Shown in pieces: positions 47,761 to 61,479 of a DNA stretch of 64,000 bases; position 1 is the stretch's first letter, and each line of letters starts with the position of its first letter. Under the pieces are notes generated by a model. That model did not search any database and was not told where the DNA came from. It saw nothing but the letters and a program-made list of their open reading frames with translations. This stretch comes from Curvularia clavata. Lineage: Eukaryota. Position numbers and translations under genes: made by a program. The stretch spans positions 1,550,001-1,614,000 of the forward strand of contig CP089276.1 of the NCBI GenBank assembly GCA_023920165.1, read 5' to 3'.

Positions 47761-48940
47761 AAGAGAGCGCGCCCGCCACCCCAGGGCCTGTGGTTGGGCG
47801 CCGCACTGCTTTTTGCCCCCCCAAGCACAAGACCGTCACGTCGCAAAAAGGCATCGTTGCAGAAATAACGGTCGCCTGGGATCAAGGCCCGCGCCAGCAG
47901 CGACGCAGAAAAAAAGGGACCGAAAAGACGGCTTCACACTCTGGGAATGGTCGTCTGGAGGTGCATCGCGCCGGACACTGGCCGGAGACGCTGGCTTTGG
48001 CGTCGCGGAGTCGGACCGCCACAGCCCATCTCCACGACGTTGCGTAAACTCGCAACTCTGTCTCTGTCGCTGGCCTGGCCCTAGCGCCCATTCCGCCCCT
48101 CTCCTGACTCTGTCCGTCGCGCACGGCGGCGGTCCAAGGGGAGCCAAAAAGGCGCGCTCGTGGTGAAATTAGTCCCCTGAGGCTGCGCCAGTGCGCCCAA
48201 CCTAAGCAATGGTCAAGCGTTTGATCGCCGTCCAGTTTGCTTTTGATGCCAGACGTGGAGCCTCGTCAGATAGCGGAGCCAAAAACTGAAGCATACACGT
48301 CAATTGGGGAGAGGGGAGACCAGTGCCAATAGGGGCTCTGTCATGACCATGGCCATGGTCATGTGGTCGCCGTACCTGCTTCCCACGGCCCTAGGAGCAG
48401 AGTGCCCTCGACCTCACATGGCCACGCTTAACTCAACCAGAGCCGTCATACTGTATCGAGCTGCTGCAGCACAGAGGGCAGGCTTCGTGGCTTACCACAA
48501 TGACGACAGCCTCACATGCACACCCACTCACTCGCCCACCCTCAGGCCTCATACATGGACATACATACGTCCAGCCATGTACGTGCTCACCTACGTACGG
48601 TCCCATCCACAACCGAAAAGTGATGAGAGCCAAGGCCGTCCTGTAGCCTTCCCAATGGCAGAGCCGCTGGTAGAGAGAGGGGGGCGCATCGATGTCGTCA
48701 TGGCAAAGGCGCCATAGCTTGCGTGCTAGCTGGGGGTAAGCGGGCCCTGATTGGTGCACCGCACAATTTGTACCTGGCGACAGCAGCCAGAGATGCAAGA
48801 TGATGTCGAGGCGGCCAAGTGCACGCATTCCGTCCCGCTCCAGCAGCAACTGCACGGCCATGGCAGTCAGCCCGCTGTTGACTCGTTTGTTTCTTCCGGG
48901 CGCCGTAATGTGGTTGCCGTCCGCGCAGCACAAGGCAAGA

Positions 48941-48970
48941 CAGCACAGCACAGCACAGTACAGCACAGCA
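48941..48970. repeat. (CAGCA)6 microsatellite with one mismatch
   Basis: cagcacagcacagcacagtacagcacagca. Confidence 0.85.
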
Positions 48971-51789
48971 TGGCTTCTAGAGGGTGCCAACGGACTCCGA
49001 GGTGGCAAACCAGCCAAGGCGATGCACACGGGAACTGCCATCTCACCGCCGAGTAGCGTGCAGCCTGGCACCTGCCTCCCCATTGGCTGGCGGCCGGGCA
49101 ATAAGGGCCCGCAATGCATCGCGCTCGGGCCATGCTCCAGCATCTCGCTCTTCCCCCCTCACTTTCTGACTCTCCGCGGCGCCCTGTGATGCAGGGCAAC
49201 TTCTGTAGGAGCAGCGCCATCCCGCTCCCTAGAGGCCACTCAAGAACGCCAGGTATCCACCCGCCAGCGCTCTTCTCCAGCGCTACCTCGCTCGTGCATG
49301 CTGTCGCCGGATGCGCTACCCGTCCTTGCCTACTCGAGATGGGAACACATTATTGACACCACCACGACGCTGGGTACCGCTTGCCGCTGCTGACTTCGGC
49401 CTCACCAAGGCGAGTTAAAGTGGATATCGCCTTACGACAGAGTGACCGCGTGCTCACGCTACAGCACAGATTTTTGCAAGTCCCCATGCCCGCAAACTTC
49501 GGCAAACCGGTCAATGACACGCTCGGCATTTGCACGCTGGACCCTGCATTCGTAAGCTTGGCCACATCCCCCTCACGCTGCTTAGCCGTTGCCCTCTTCA
49601 GCAGAGAGGGGGCGTGGGTGGGAGGCAAACAAGTCCTATGTCGGCTTGCCAAGCGATTTCGAGTCGTCGATAAGCTCGCGGGCTATCTTTTTATTTCCGA
49701 GATCACAGCCTAGTCAGCCAATACGAGCGGTAGCGCGTGGCAGGTGGAGAATCAAATCCGCAGGTGTCCACACCCCTCAATTCATCCCCCCCCATGCATA
49801 GCATGCAAGTGTATACTATTGTGTCTATGTGTGTAGGAGATACACATTGTATGTACAACATTGATCCATATTCTTGGAGATCGTCAAAAAAAGCCCCCTG
49901 CCCCGCGATCTGATGGTGCGAGCCAGATGCGCGGCTCTGCAAACAATGGATCAGCGCAGTTTGACAATCAGGCACGCATGTCAAAGCAGTGGTAATGGCA
50001 TATCAACGTCTTTTTTTCCCTAGCCCGCCACGATACATCCGCCTCTACAAAAGAGGGGGAGGCGCTGCGGAGTCATCTATCCACGGTGGAGTCTGCTCAA
50101 CAGAGACAGGACAAGAGAAGGGCGAACAGGGCAGCAAGTGAGCCGAAAGCCTATCAAATGCACTGGAGCACGCACAAGGAACAAGCAGTCAACTGGGCAA
50201 AGCAAAGAAGAAGGAAAAACCAATCTGGTCGGCGAGGCAGCGAATCAAGTCGACCCGACACTCTGGCACATTAACATACCTCCCATGTACCTTGCACGCC
50301 GACTTCTCTCGAGGTCGCAACAGCAGCAAGCAGCCTGCTGGTCACGGGCAGCGGCGCATTTAGGCCCGCCCCATCTAGCCAGCCAATCACCGTCTAGCAT
50401 GCCAAGAGAACGCCTCGAGTCGGCGTGCCGCAGCGTGCGCAGCAAGTGCTCAAGCCGCCCGATGTAACGTTTGTTGAAACTGCGGGAGTAACGTGGGCTG
50501 TCACCTAGGACAAGCCTTGGGGAGCCTGCGTAGCCTGAAGTCTGTGCGTATTTGCCTCTGTCTCTGCCCTGGCTGTCTCTGTTCTTCCCGCGTGCGCGGG
50601 AGATGCTGCAATCCCATCTTAGGTGACCTTATATGATCATCATCATTCTAACATTACCAGGGACATGATCATCGCTACCCAAAAAGTCAAATACACACAT
50701 CTGGCAATTGATGAGCCCCGCTGCATTTCCGCTTTCAGACCAAGAGAGGACAGAGCGCTCGCCATTTGATTGTCTCTGCCATGTAGGAAATTCTAAGCCC
50801 AAACCGTGTTTACACTTCCAGTTCGCAGATCAAAATCTTACTGCCACGTTTTCCCCCTTCCAAGATTTGAAACTTGACCCTGCGTGGACAGCATGCTATT
50901 ACAGAAATGGCTTACATACAAATTTGTCGTTATTGAGCCGTCTCTCTACTTGTACTACACCCATCTTGCCTTCCACCCCTTTATGCGGAAATAAGCAACG
51001 ACACCCAACACACAGCGCCAACGTTACTGCTGGCGGAGCTTCCACGATATCCAGCCTCCTTCTCACTCAAAAAATAAAGCTTCAACGTCGCATTGCGTAC
51101 GCCATCCCTATCGACGCCTTGCTCATGAAATTGCTTCTTCTTAACGAGGAAGTGCGTCGATGTGCACATGACGTCTTTTCTTGAGCACGTACACTCTACA
51201 TGTCTATAACAGGATAGCCACAGCTCCCTATTCTGACATGAGATTGCAAGGATAGCCTCCCCTGCGAGAGCGGAAAGGCACGTGCTTGGGGGAGGAAGGG
51301 AGTGGGAGGGGCGCGCGCCAGCCTTCTATCCATACGCCGCGCCAATTGAACAAAGGCTAGCTGCGCAGACACGCGCTGACCACCAACATCAAGTAAAACA
51401 AAACAACACCTCAGCATGGCCTGCCTCCCTCCCTCCCTGCAAGATCTTATCTCATAGTCCCATTTACCAGTGCGGGGGGTCATAGGTACGAACGCCGCCC
51501 CTTCCACCTCCTTGCCAAAGACACTTGGTGGTGGTGGTGCCCTGTTTAATTATTTCTCTCAACCCGCTTCGTCCATGTCCACCAAAACTTGGGCCTTGTT
51601 ATGCACGGTCAACACGCGTGACTACTCTGTACTTGGCAGTTGCAGCAGCAAATACCATTGCGCCCATGGTCAAGGTTCCAAAAAGGAAGGCGCGCGACTT
51701 CGCCGTCCAGGCAGAGGTTCAGTTCCACGTCAACGTGACGGTATCATCTCGGCATATCCCATTCGTGATCATGGTCGTTGCTGCGGCTC

Positions 51790-54700
51790 TCAGCGAGCCA
51801 CACGCTCAACAATAGTCTGTTCACTCTCTCGCTGGCGGACGTGTTGGAGATCCGGCCGCGGCACGCCCAAGTGTCTGCTACCATTGTCGCTGGTGCTGCT
51901 TTGTACTGGGTCATTGGTTGCATTCGAGTCGATACCATCAGCTCGACGACCACCACCACGTCCAGGTGAAGCAGACTTCCTTGTCGCTGCGCCATCGGCG
52001 TCCTGTTCGTGGACCAGCTTCTCAATGTTTTCCTCAGTCAGAGGCATCGACGGCTCGCTCTGGGGCCCCTCGGCGACCTCATGGTGCAGGAGTTGAGGCC
52101 CCACCAAGGAGAAAAGCTTCTCGTCCCGCAATTTCCTGTCCCTTTCCTCCGCGTGGATACGTCGCATGGCTCTTTCGCCCTCGTTCTCACTCGTCCTGGC
52201 AAACGCTGTGTCGCTTTGGTAGTGGAGGCGGTCAAGTTCAGCGGTCAAAGCTTGCGCCGTTGTTTCAGACTCGAGCGACATGCCTGCCGTTTGCGGGTGA
52301 TCACTAGCACTAAAGCTGTTTCCAGCTTTCGGCACTGTCTCGTTCCGTCGATCCTGGTCGTTGGTGCGTGGCGTTTCCCTGGCCGCTTTTCGCCGCCCTT
52401 CAAGTGCCCACTTGACAAGCATCTTTTTACTACTCGTTAGCGAGTCCACTTGTTGGTGGCTTGAGGGGGGGTTTGAACGTACCTTCTCCAGAAGCTTTCC
52501 TTTTACTGGCTTGGCGAGATAGTCCTGTCGTGGTTTCAGCATGTTTCGCTCTTCAATACACTAGTAAACGTCTATTCAATAATACTCACATCCATTCCAC
52601 ACGACACACACTTCTCCTTGTCTCCTTGGATCGCGCTAGCTGTCATGGCCACAATCGGAACGCCTTGGACCTCAGGCATGTTGCGCCAGGGGGCCTCTGT
52701 CCGAATCGCATGGGTGGCAGAGTAGCCGTCTCGAATGGGCATCTGCGTTGTCTTCCGTCAGCTGCCGATGCAACCCAAAGCCGCATGGTTGCCTACCTGA
52801 ACGTCCATGAGGATGATGTCTGGACGTGGATGTGACGGACCGAAGTCCTTGGCCAAGTAATCAAGCGCCTCCTGGCCGTTCCACACTGCGTTGACCGAGA
52901 AGTGGAGTTTCTTGATTGTCTTCAGTGCAATCTGCTGATTAATGTGGCTGGGGGACGGGGTCAGAAACGCATTACAATCAGTCATACGCCCGGGCTAGAC
53001 TTACTTGTCTTCAACTATCAGCACGTGAACCTGCTGTCTTTCACTCTCAGAAAGACTCATAAACTGATCAGGGATCGAGGATTTGAACATTGGATAGGCC
53101 GAGGTTCCATTCGATACTTGAGGTGTCAAAGGTGGCGTGTGGCCTTCAGAGCTTCCACAAGATACCGACATGTCACTTTGAAGTCGATCCGGTATCGATT
53201 CGAGATGCACCAATGGCGATTCGCCATCCTGCGAGGGAGCACGGGTGAATGGTATCCAGAAGGTTGCTGTAGTTCCCTGACCAAGCTTACTGTCGAGCCA
53301 TATCTGACCCTTCATGAGCTCAACCAGATTCTTGCTGATAGTCAGGCCCAAGCCAGTCCCGCCAAACCTCCGCGCTGTGGAGGAGTCTGCCTGACTAAAC
53401 GGTTGGAATAGTCGCTTGCGAACCTCCTCCTCAATGCCGATTCCGGTGTCGACAATGCTGAAATGGACCGTGACTGTTTCTTTAGTTTCGTGACTAATAG
53501 AGACATGTAGCTTGACCGTCCCCACGGATGTGAACTTGATGCTATTGGTAAGAACGTTAGTCAGGATCTGGCGAAGTCGGCCAGGGTCTCCAATGACTCG
53601 TAGATCTGACTGTACTTCATCCTGAATCAAACTCTGATAGTCCAACCCCTTTCTGTTCGCCGCAAAGGCCATCATTTTGTTCACATCCCTGAGCACGACA
53701 CTCAGACTGAACTGCACCTCTTCAACATCCAGTCGGCCAGATTCGACCTTGGAGAAACTGAACAAAAAAGCCGAAAGTTAGCAACTTCTTTGTGAGCAAA
53801 GAAAAACTCTATCCAGTCGATAAAGATATAAAACTTACTCCAATATGTCGTTGATCACTGTCAAGAGACTGTTTGCGGAGCGATGGATGTTTTCGGCGCA
53901 TTCTTTTTGCTCGTCGTTGAGATCCATGTCGAATAAAAGCTCACTCATACCAATGACACCGGCAATGGGCGTTCGAATTTCGTGTGACATGTTGGCCAGG
54001 AACTGAGACTTCATCCGACTGGCTTCTTTCGCTGCTGCCTCGTTGGCCAGGAGCCGTGAATTTTCCTTCTCTTGCTCCTTCAGTTGCTCTTCTCTTTCCC
54101 GCAGTTCCGTGATGTCCATCGAGACACCGATAACTCCATCCACAAAAGCATTGCCTTCGACACCCGCTGTCCGAGATGCACTCATTAGTGGGACTAGGCG
54201 TGTCCTATAATCGCGAGCCTCCGACATGTAGCCGCCATTAACGATTTCGTCTGACTGTTTGCCCTGGAGAATTTCTTGTATTGGTCCCTGCCAGCGTTCT
54301 CGGTCGTTGCCAGTCAATTCAAATACGTCGTACACGCTTCTTCCAAGGAACTCCTCCTTCCGGTAATGTTGACCAGGCTCGATTTCACCCTCCAGCACCT
54401 TGACCTTGTTGTTACGATCGATGACCCACAAAACAATTTTGGCGTGTTGGATGACCTGTTGCAGTTGCTCCCTTGTTTGTCTTGCCTCTTGACGCGCCAA
54501 TACTAGATCGTGAATGTCAGTGCAGGTACCGAACCACTTCACTATGCGGCCGGCGTCGTCGTAGAATGGTAGGGCCCGCCCCAACATCCAACGCCACTGT
54601 CCGTCGTAACGTTGGCACCTGTATTCTGTGTTGTACTCGTCGCCCGTTCTCAGTGAGTGATGCCAATTTTCAGCAGTTGCCTGCATATCATCAGGGTGGA

Positions 54701-56337
54701 AAGGAAGCCGCCAACCCTCGCCCAAGGATTGCTCGACTGTTAGACCTGTGTAGTCGTACCATCTTCGTGAAAACCAGTCATGCATGCCATCTGGAGTAGT
54801 CGTCCATACCATGACTGGCATAAAGTTTGCAATGGACTCGAACTGCCTCTCGTTCGCTTCGATTTGTGCCGCAATCTTCTGCGTGTATTCTGTAACGTCC
54901 TTGAAAATCACGATGCCGCCGAGAAAATCGCCCGTCTCTTCATGGAACACTGGTTCGCCATTGATTTCGTACACTACCCGAGAGCCTGTCTGAGGGTGTC
55001 TTAACCCAAGCCGCTGTTTCTCAATCTTTTTCCGATTCCGACAGACTTCAACAATGGGGAATTCATCGATTGTTAGAAGACGCTGGAAATCTTCAGTCCA
55101 ACATTGGAATAGGGAAAGAAAATCTCTTTGGTCACCAGGGGTGTAAGAAATGTCCTTGGGCAGTAGCCGTAGAAGCGCTTTGTTTGGAATACCAAAGCTC
55201 TCGTCTTTCCACATGGCTACAAGAGTGTTAGCAGAATGGTACGTGCTTAGGCTTCACCAACAGACATACCATAGGCAGGCAGGGTAATGGAGTTGAGAAT
55301 AGCGTCTTTGAGTTGTGTTGCCTTTTGAAAGACTGAAGCGGATGCTGCCATGTCGCCCTTGTTTTTGCTAGGAGGTCCCCGGGGAGGGAACTCTGGTTGC
55401 CCCAACGTGGGTGTGACTGCTTTCGACGCAGGATTTGAACTGCTTCCGGAACGGCGACCTGAAGATGTACTCGAACCCGAGCTACGGGATTTGTCGAGAT
55501 GTGCTCCAGTGTTTGTCCGGTTTACCATGCGGGTAGAGGCCTGTGCATGCTTACTAGTTTCAACAGGCGATGCGCTTGTGAAGGTCAGAGTGTAGTATTG
55601 AGTGTCTTCAATGCTCCATATTGAAATGATGCATGTTACTTGTGTTGCATCCTTGTACGCTCCCTTCTTGTCACACTTTTGCAGTACGCCGTCAGAGCCC
55701 ATGACAAGTGGCGAGATGACAACGTCTACTGATACATCGTGTACTGTAGTCCGCGCAAGATTAGTACTGCTCAAAGGTGGCAGAGATTTGGCTGGTTCAG
55801 AGGTGGTGTTCGCTATAGTGGGCGTTGTGTGTCCACTCTCCATGAAAGAATCTCCATCTTGGTCCAGGTCGTCTGGTACTGAGTCCTTCAGAACACAATC
55901 GAGGAAAGCCTAGACGCATCTTTTGTTAGGCATTGTGAATACAAGTTTCACGCGTGTGCGTGTGTGGATGGGTGGATAAAGATACGGACCTCCCAAGTGA
56001 TCAGAATTGGAGAGCCGTTTTGCAGAATGTCTACGCCAAGTTCTCCCATCGACTTTTCCTGCAAAGCCTCTGTTATGGAAAGATGATGGATACTTTCGAA
56101 ATCGATATTAAACAACCGCCCCATGGCTTCATTCGCCAGCATCACGGTCTTTTGTGACGACAAAACAAGGACCGGGACGGGCAGATACTGCAACGCTGTA
56201 AGAGCCGCCTCGGTGGGTGAGGGCGAGGTCAAATGTATCGACATGGGATCGCTTCGGATTGAATTGGGAGACTCAGGGCGGGAGCGAGGTCCCATCGCGA
56301 AGTAATCGCCCTCATTGCCGTCGATATCTTCAGTCAT
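51790..56337 (-). CDS. Cytosolic hybrid histidine kinase (PAS/PAC - HisKA - HATPase - receiver); probably fungal group V
   Basis: Seven exons joined by canonical introns. PAS ([33 protein letters not shown]...PFHPDD...WFGTCTDI), H-box [51 protein letters not shown], receiver VEDNHINQ...ILMDVQMP...AMTASA...DYLAKP. The group assignment is inference from the architecture. Confidence 0.95.
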
Positions 56338-57666
56338 TACGGTGGCGAGGTGGTGAAAACATGCAAGTGCCTATCTGCGGTCGTCGTTGTCCAACCCTGG
56401 TCGAACGCGGAGGTATTGGCCGTAATGCCGAGCGGAAAGAGAAGCCGGTGAGCTGGATCGCCTCACGGGGACTGCGCGGCGACAAGGAGCGTGCTTCCTA
56501 GGGCAAGCATGAGGGCAGTCGCATGTAGGAGCGCTCGAGAGAAGGAAGACTGACGGCGCCTCTGCGACTAGCAGGCGGAAGACGTTGGGAGCAACGGCCG
56601 TATGTACTGTAAAGCGAGTGCGCACGTCGGAGTGGGGATGGCACGACAGGACGGATGTAGAAGTGGTAGATCGGTTCTAGACCAGACAATCGATTAGCGC
56701 ACGGGGCAAACAGGGCGCTTCCAGCTGCCGAGGCTGCACTGCGAAGAGAAAATTGTTCAGACGTACATACAAAAATACAGCACGACGCAGAGACAGGAGA
56801 AGGGCAGGACAGTCAAGACCAAGCGGAGCCCACTTCCAGCCTCACCCAGCATTCTAGAACAACGTCTTGGGCCCGGCTATGGGCGCGGCACAGTGGAAAT
56901 GACGCAAGTTTGCATGTTGAATTGACAGGCGAGGGGATGGTGCACGACCATCGCCGGCCTATAGTCTAGTCCCCGAGCTTGTTCATTCGACAGTGGCCAT
57001 CGTATCGGCGTTGGAGAGCAACGCATCGACTGGGTCTGCCGGGGCGGAGTGATCATCATGAAAACCCTGAGCGGGACTCTCTTGCACGACTTCCACTTGG
57101 ATCAGCCTTCCTACATATGTCAAATCCTCTGGTGGCTGATCGGCCTCGTCTGTTTGGAACAGAATCCCTGTTCACATGTGCCTGTACTGACGATCAGCGT
57201 AAACCGCTACCGTCTATATGGGGCCGCCGACCAAGGGCCACGGGTGGCCTAGTCGGCAAGGCTGTCTGACTATAGTGTGGTCCATATGGCATGCGTATCG
57301 GGATCGAGAATCCCACTGGTCTATATACTGTGTCAATGCATAATGTGCTCTGGATCGCAACTGTATAACTCTCAATCATGCTGGCCGAAGTCCGATATCG
57401 AGCAGGCGGTCTTGTTGTTCAAACTTTGTAACATCTGCACAATCCTTTTGGTCTCTAACGAACATGTGGGAAAATGACGGAGTTGCAACCCCAGAGAATT
57501 TGTGGGTGCGGGTGATTACATAAGTCTTGTGATGATCGACCCGGCCAACGACAACTGTCTTTCTGGTAGGCAACCTCAGCAACACCAACACTCAACCCCT
57601 AGCCCTTAGTGTCACTGCTTCCGAAATCATACCAAACGATAAGATTACGCGGATCAGGAATCGAGA

Positions 57667-58182
57667 ATGTTCTTCTTCGGGTTGGGCGGGCTCTTCTACG
57701 GTACTCCTCACCAAATTGCATCGACAGACCAAGTAGCTGACACGTCCAGTCGCCGTACTCCTCATCAATGCCATTGCCATTCTTTCCGAAGACCGCTTTC
57801 TCGCACGCAGTACGCCCAGCCCTATTTTACGCCCCTCCCCACTCGATTTTCCCTCCTACGCGCACATCGGCCATATCAATTTACTTGGGATAAATGTGTG
57901 CTGACTACGGACAGTTGGCTGGACAGCCTCTGCAGATCCTGGCTTTCCTGGCCAGCGCGATGACTCGAGTGTCAAGGCACGATTGATCAACCTTGTTTCG
58001 TCCGTACGAACATTGATGCGGAGTATGTCTACCCCTCCAACATCCTCCCGAAGCCATGCTCTCCACGCGAGATAAGCATGGCTTCATTAGAAAATGAGCA
58101 AAATAGATAAACTGACACTCACCCAGTACCGTTAATGTTCATAAACACACTTATGATAATCTACCTTATCGTCCTCGGATGA
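57667..58182 (+). CDS. YOS1: Yos1/IER3IP1 small ER-Golgi transport membrane protein
   Basis: Introns 57701-57749, 57810-57914 and 58023-58126. Spliced MFFFGLGGLFYVAVLLINAIAILSEDRFLARIGW...SVKARLINLVSSVRTLMRIPLMFINTLMIIYLIVLG*. Confidence 0.95.
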
Positions 58183-58827
58183 TCACCACGTATACGAAGC
58201 CGAGGCTTTCGCAACAAGCACGAACACGGTGCTCACCCAAGTCGCCCTGGAAGTATCGACGACGTAATAAGGGGCCCAAGAGCACTGCGCAATGCTTCCA
58301 GGAATCTACAGGAAGTGGCGGAGTCGCGTCGTGCTCAGAAACGCGTTAGGAGGAGGATGGGCCTTGGCCACCAGCGCGTAAAACGTCCTGTTAGGCCAAA
58401 GATGGCAACAGATCTTACTATACCCATGCGTATCACTTTTGAATGTACAAAATCAAAGTACCGCTTGACCAGTGTTTTGGCAATCTGTGTGCGCGCCTAG
58501 GGGAGCACTTTGTATGATATTGCTAGTGAGGCAGACGCAAATATCCAGAGGAGACACTGGTTCCACGGCGAAGATCATGAGGAATGTAAAGATAGCTACT
58601 ACAACTGTAATCTACAACAAATACACTGGTCTAAATATTAGCTCTACATCTAGCATACACCGTAGCTCAACCCCATGTGGGGAAGAGTGTTATTATTTTA
58701 CGAGAAACAGCGGTTTTTAAGGACAGTCTTATAGCAGCGAGGACGCAGAAGTCACAGCATAAGTGACGGCGAACACTGTAGATATAATTCTATCATCTTA
58801 TCCTCTATAACTCCTTCGCTACAACTC

Positions 58828-60658
58828 CTACAGACTTGGCTCCTCTCTAGTCTCTAACAGACCCTCAATCATCTTCTTCCACATCACTGCCCTCTCCTCG
58901 CTAATGGCACTCAAGTCATAGCTCGCCGCGAACCTCACAATGCCCTCGATACTCGTCGAAGCTCCCACCAAAAACTCATTTTCTCTTGCCCTAACCCCAA
59001 CCATTACGTCTCGAAATTCTGCAACAAAATCACCGTCTCCCAATTCGTGAACGTTGTAAGGCCCACGTTCGAAGAATGCTGCAAGAGGACCTGTCGAGGA
59101 GACACCGCATGTTGCACCAAACTCCTGGGACATGGGCGGCAGAGCGCCTTGCGGGTTGCTATAAGATGACGAGAAGCGCAGTTCTGCTGGCAGTTTTGCT
59201 TGGATGCGCTCGATTTGCGCGATGTAGCCTGTGGCAAGCAGACGGCCTGGCGAGTACTTATCTAGAACGGCTGCCGGACCGGTTGTACCTTTGTCTTTCA
59301 AACGCTTCTGGTAAACCCGTAGTCCGCGGTTCGCGTGCTTGGCTATGAGCTTGAATCTGCGTTCGATAGGCAGGTCTGATGAAAGGAAGGGCATGACGAT
59401 GCCGTCGCTGAAAGCGAGCATACACGAGTCTGCTGGCGGTGGATTGGTGAAGAAAGGGCGTGGGTTTAGCGGGAAGGATGCTGTGAATGCCGGTTGCTCT
59501 GGTGAAGGGTGTAGCGTTTCTTGTAGCGCCATCATGGCAAGACCGGCGAAAGCGAAGCATCCAGCACCTATGGATACCTGTGCAGAACGGCAGAGAGATA
59601 TGAGACGGGCTGAGGCGGAAGCCGAGAGCGTGGCGGGTATGTGGCCACACGACATGGGTGGTCGTGTTGCGGCACTGTAGTCAAAGATCTTGCTGAACTT
59701 TGGTTCCAATGCCAATGGCTCTTTTAATCGCTGCTCCCGACGAAGCGGGTTCGTGAATGTAGGTGGTAAGCCCTTGTGCACATGACGCAATACGCGGATC
59801 AAGGCCCAGAACCAGCGTTGCCTCGCCCTGTTTCCAGTAACGGGTGGATACAGGTCTTCCTGCGCTCGTGGTAGGATAGCTTTCATCTTATCTGCTTTTC
59901 GAAGGGCTTCAATGTCTGCCAGTATCTCTGTAGAGGGCTGGTTGAGAATACGATGGAAGTGACTGAACCAATTGTACGTTGACAAGGCGTCGGAGATTTG
60001 GTGCGCGATTGTGATGAGGAAGCGGAGTGCAAAGGTTCCATCAGAAAGGCGCCTCACAGGCAGAACATGCACTTTTGAAAGGAATTTCTCGGGTACAATG
60101 ATTCGAGTCACGTTGTAAGCGTGGTGATACATTTCTTCGTCGCTGACTTCCTCGTATGCGTCTTCGACCCAAACGATATCGTCTTTGGTAGCTTGGATAG
60201 CAGCATCTTGCGTAGAGGGAAGGTCTACTGCGAAACCGCGAGACACCGTATCCGGACCTTCTTGAACACGAGCGAGCAGAAGTGGATGTTGCAGGCGAAG
60301 TGAAGTCCAGGCTAATGCTATCTTGTGCCGGAGTTCGTCTTTCGAGAGTTTGTGTTGTACAGCCAAGGTAAATAGGGCGTTCATATCTGTAACACTGTTG
60401 GTTAAATTATAACACTGCTTGTTATCAACACCCCAGTGATACCTTGCGTCGCAAATATAGTTGAGTGTTGTACGAAAACCTCGCCTACTTACCTGCACGG
60501 CCGCCAAAGTATCTGCCATCAATATCAAATGAGGTCTCTACTAGCCCCAGTGGACGTTGAAATGACTGGTTGCCATCCGGAGTGCTTCGTAACTTCCAAT
60601 CAGCATAGTCCGTTGCATACTTGTCTAGCCAATGGCCCTTTTCCTGTTGCTGTGCCAT
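58828..60658 (-). CDS. CoA-dependent acyltransferase / condensation-domain-like protein (alcohol O-acetyltransferase-like)
   Basis: Exon 1 from ATG 60658 (MAQQQEKGHW...FQRPLGLVETSFDIDGRYFGGRA), intron 60387-60492, then DMNALF...AWTSLRLQHPLL, HxxxD motif AHQISDAL, FPLNPRPF. Confidence 0.75.
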
Positions 60659-61479
60659 CGCGCTTCTTGAATGTCTCTTCTAGGAACGGCGAGTTAGTCA
60701 CTATCTTTTGGCAGCTGTTATGTGTACGATTCCGAGAGTCGCGCCGAACAAAATGCAGAGATACGAACAGAAAGTAAAGTTTACATATAAAAACACAAAT
60801 ACGGTCGAAACAATATATAAGTACATAAATATGGCCGAAACTCACTGTAGTCCGAATGTAATATACGTAGCCCAAACGCAGAAAAGCGGGTCAATTTGTT
60901 GATTGGTGTGTACGAGTATTAGGAACTAGGTGTATGCACACTTGTCCAAAAGCATGAATTAATGATACGAATGCGACAATATAAGACGTTGAGAATTGTG
61001 AAACTATTCCGACTGGTGCGGTATCAGCAGTTGGGCAGGTTCTCGGTTTGCCTATTCGGTTGCAATGCGGGGGTTGGGACGTGGAGAAAATGGACCGAGG
61101 CCTGCTCTCTCAAAAAGACAAGCTCCTGCACATTTTAACGTCATTCTTACCATTAACACATTGTCGAATAAACAATACCGAGCCTTGAAGCAATCTGCCA
61201 CAATTTACTTGAGAAAAGCATTGGAATAGCAAATTGTTGGCCATTAATTGCATAACGCGCATGCTCTAATAATACATATAACCTACAACGCCCTTTCGTG
61301 ATGGTGTCTCGCAGCTTCAAGAAGAGAAGTGTAGATTGCCCATTCGGAATTAAGAATCAAATTTCTACCAGCGCAGAATTTCTTTGCAAATCGGGTATCG
61401 CTAAGGCAATTGCTGTCACGTCCTTGTTCCGTATCCTCATCCTCAGATATCGATAATTTGCAGTCTTCGAGCCAAACCT

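Noticed and set aside
47500..49400. Many 100-236 aa ORFs on both strands upstream of nsdC
   Set aside because: GC-rich sequence crossing microsatellites, mostly non-ATG starts, mutually overlapping and with no domains.
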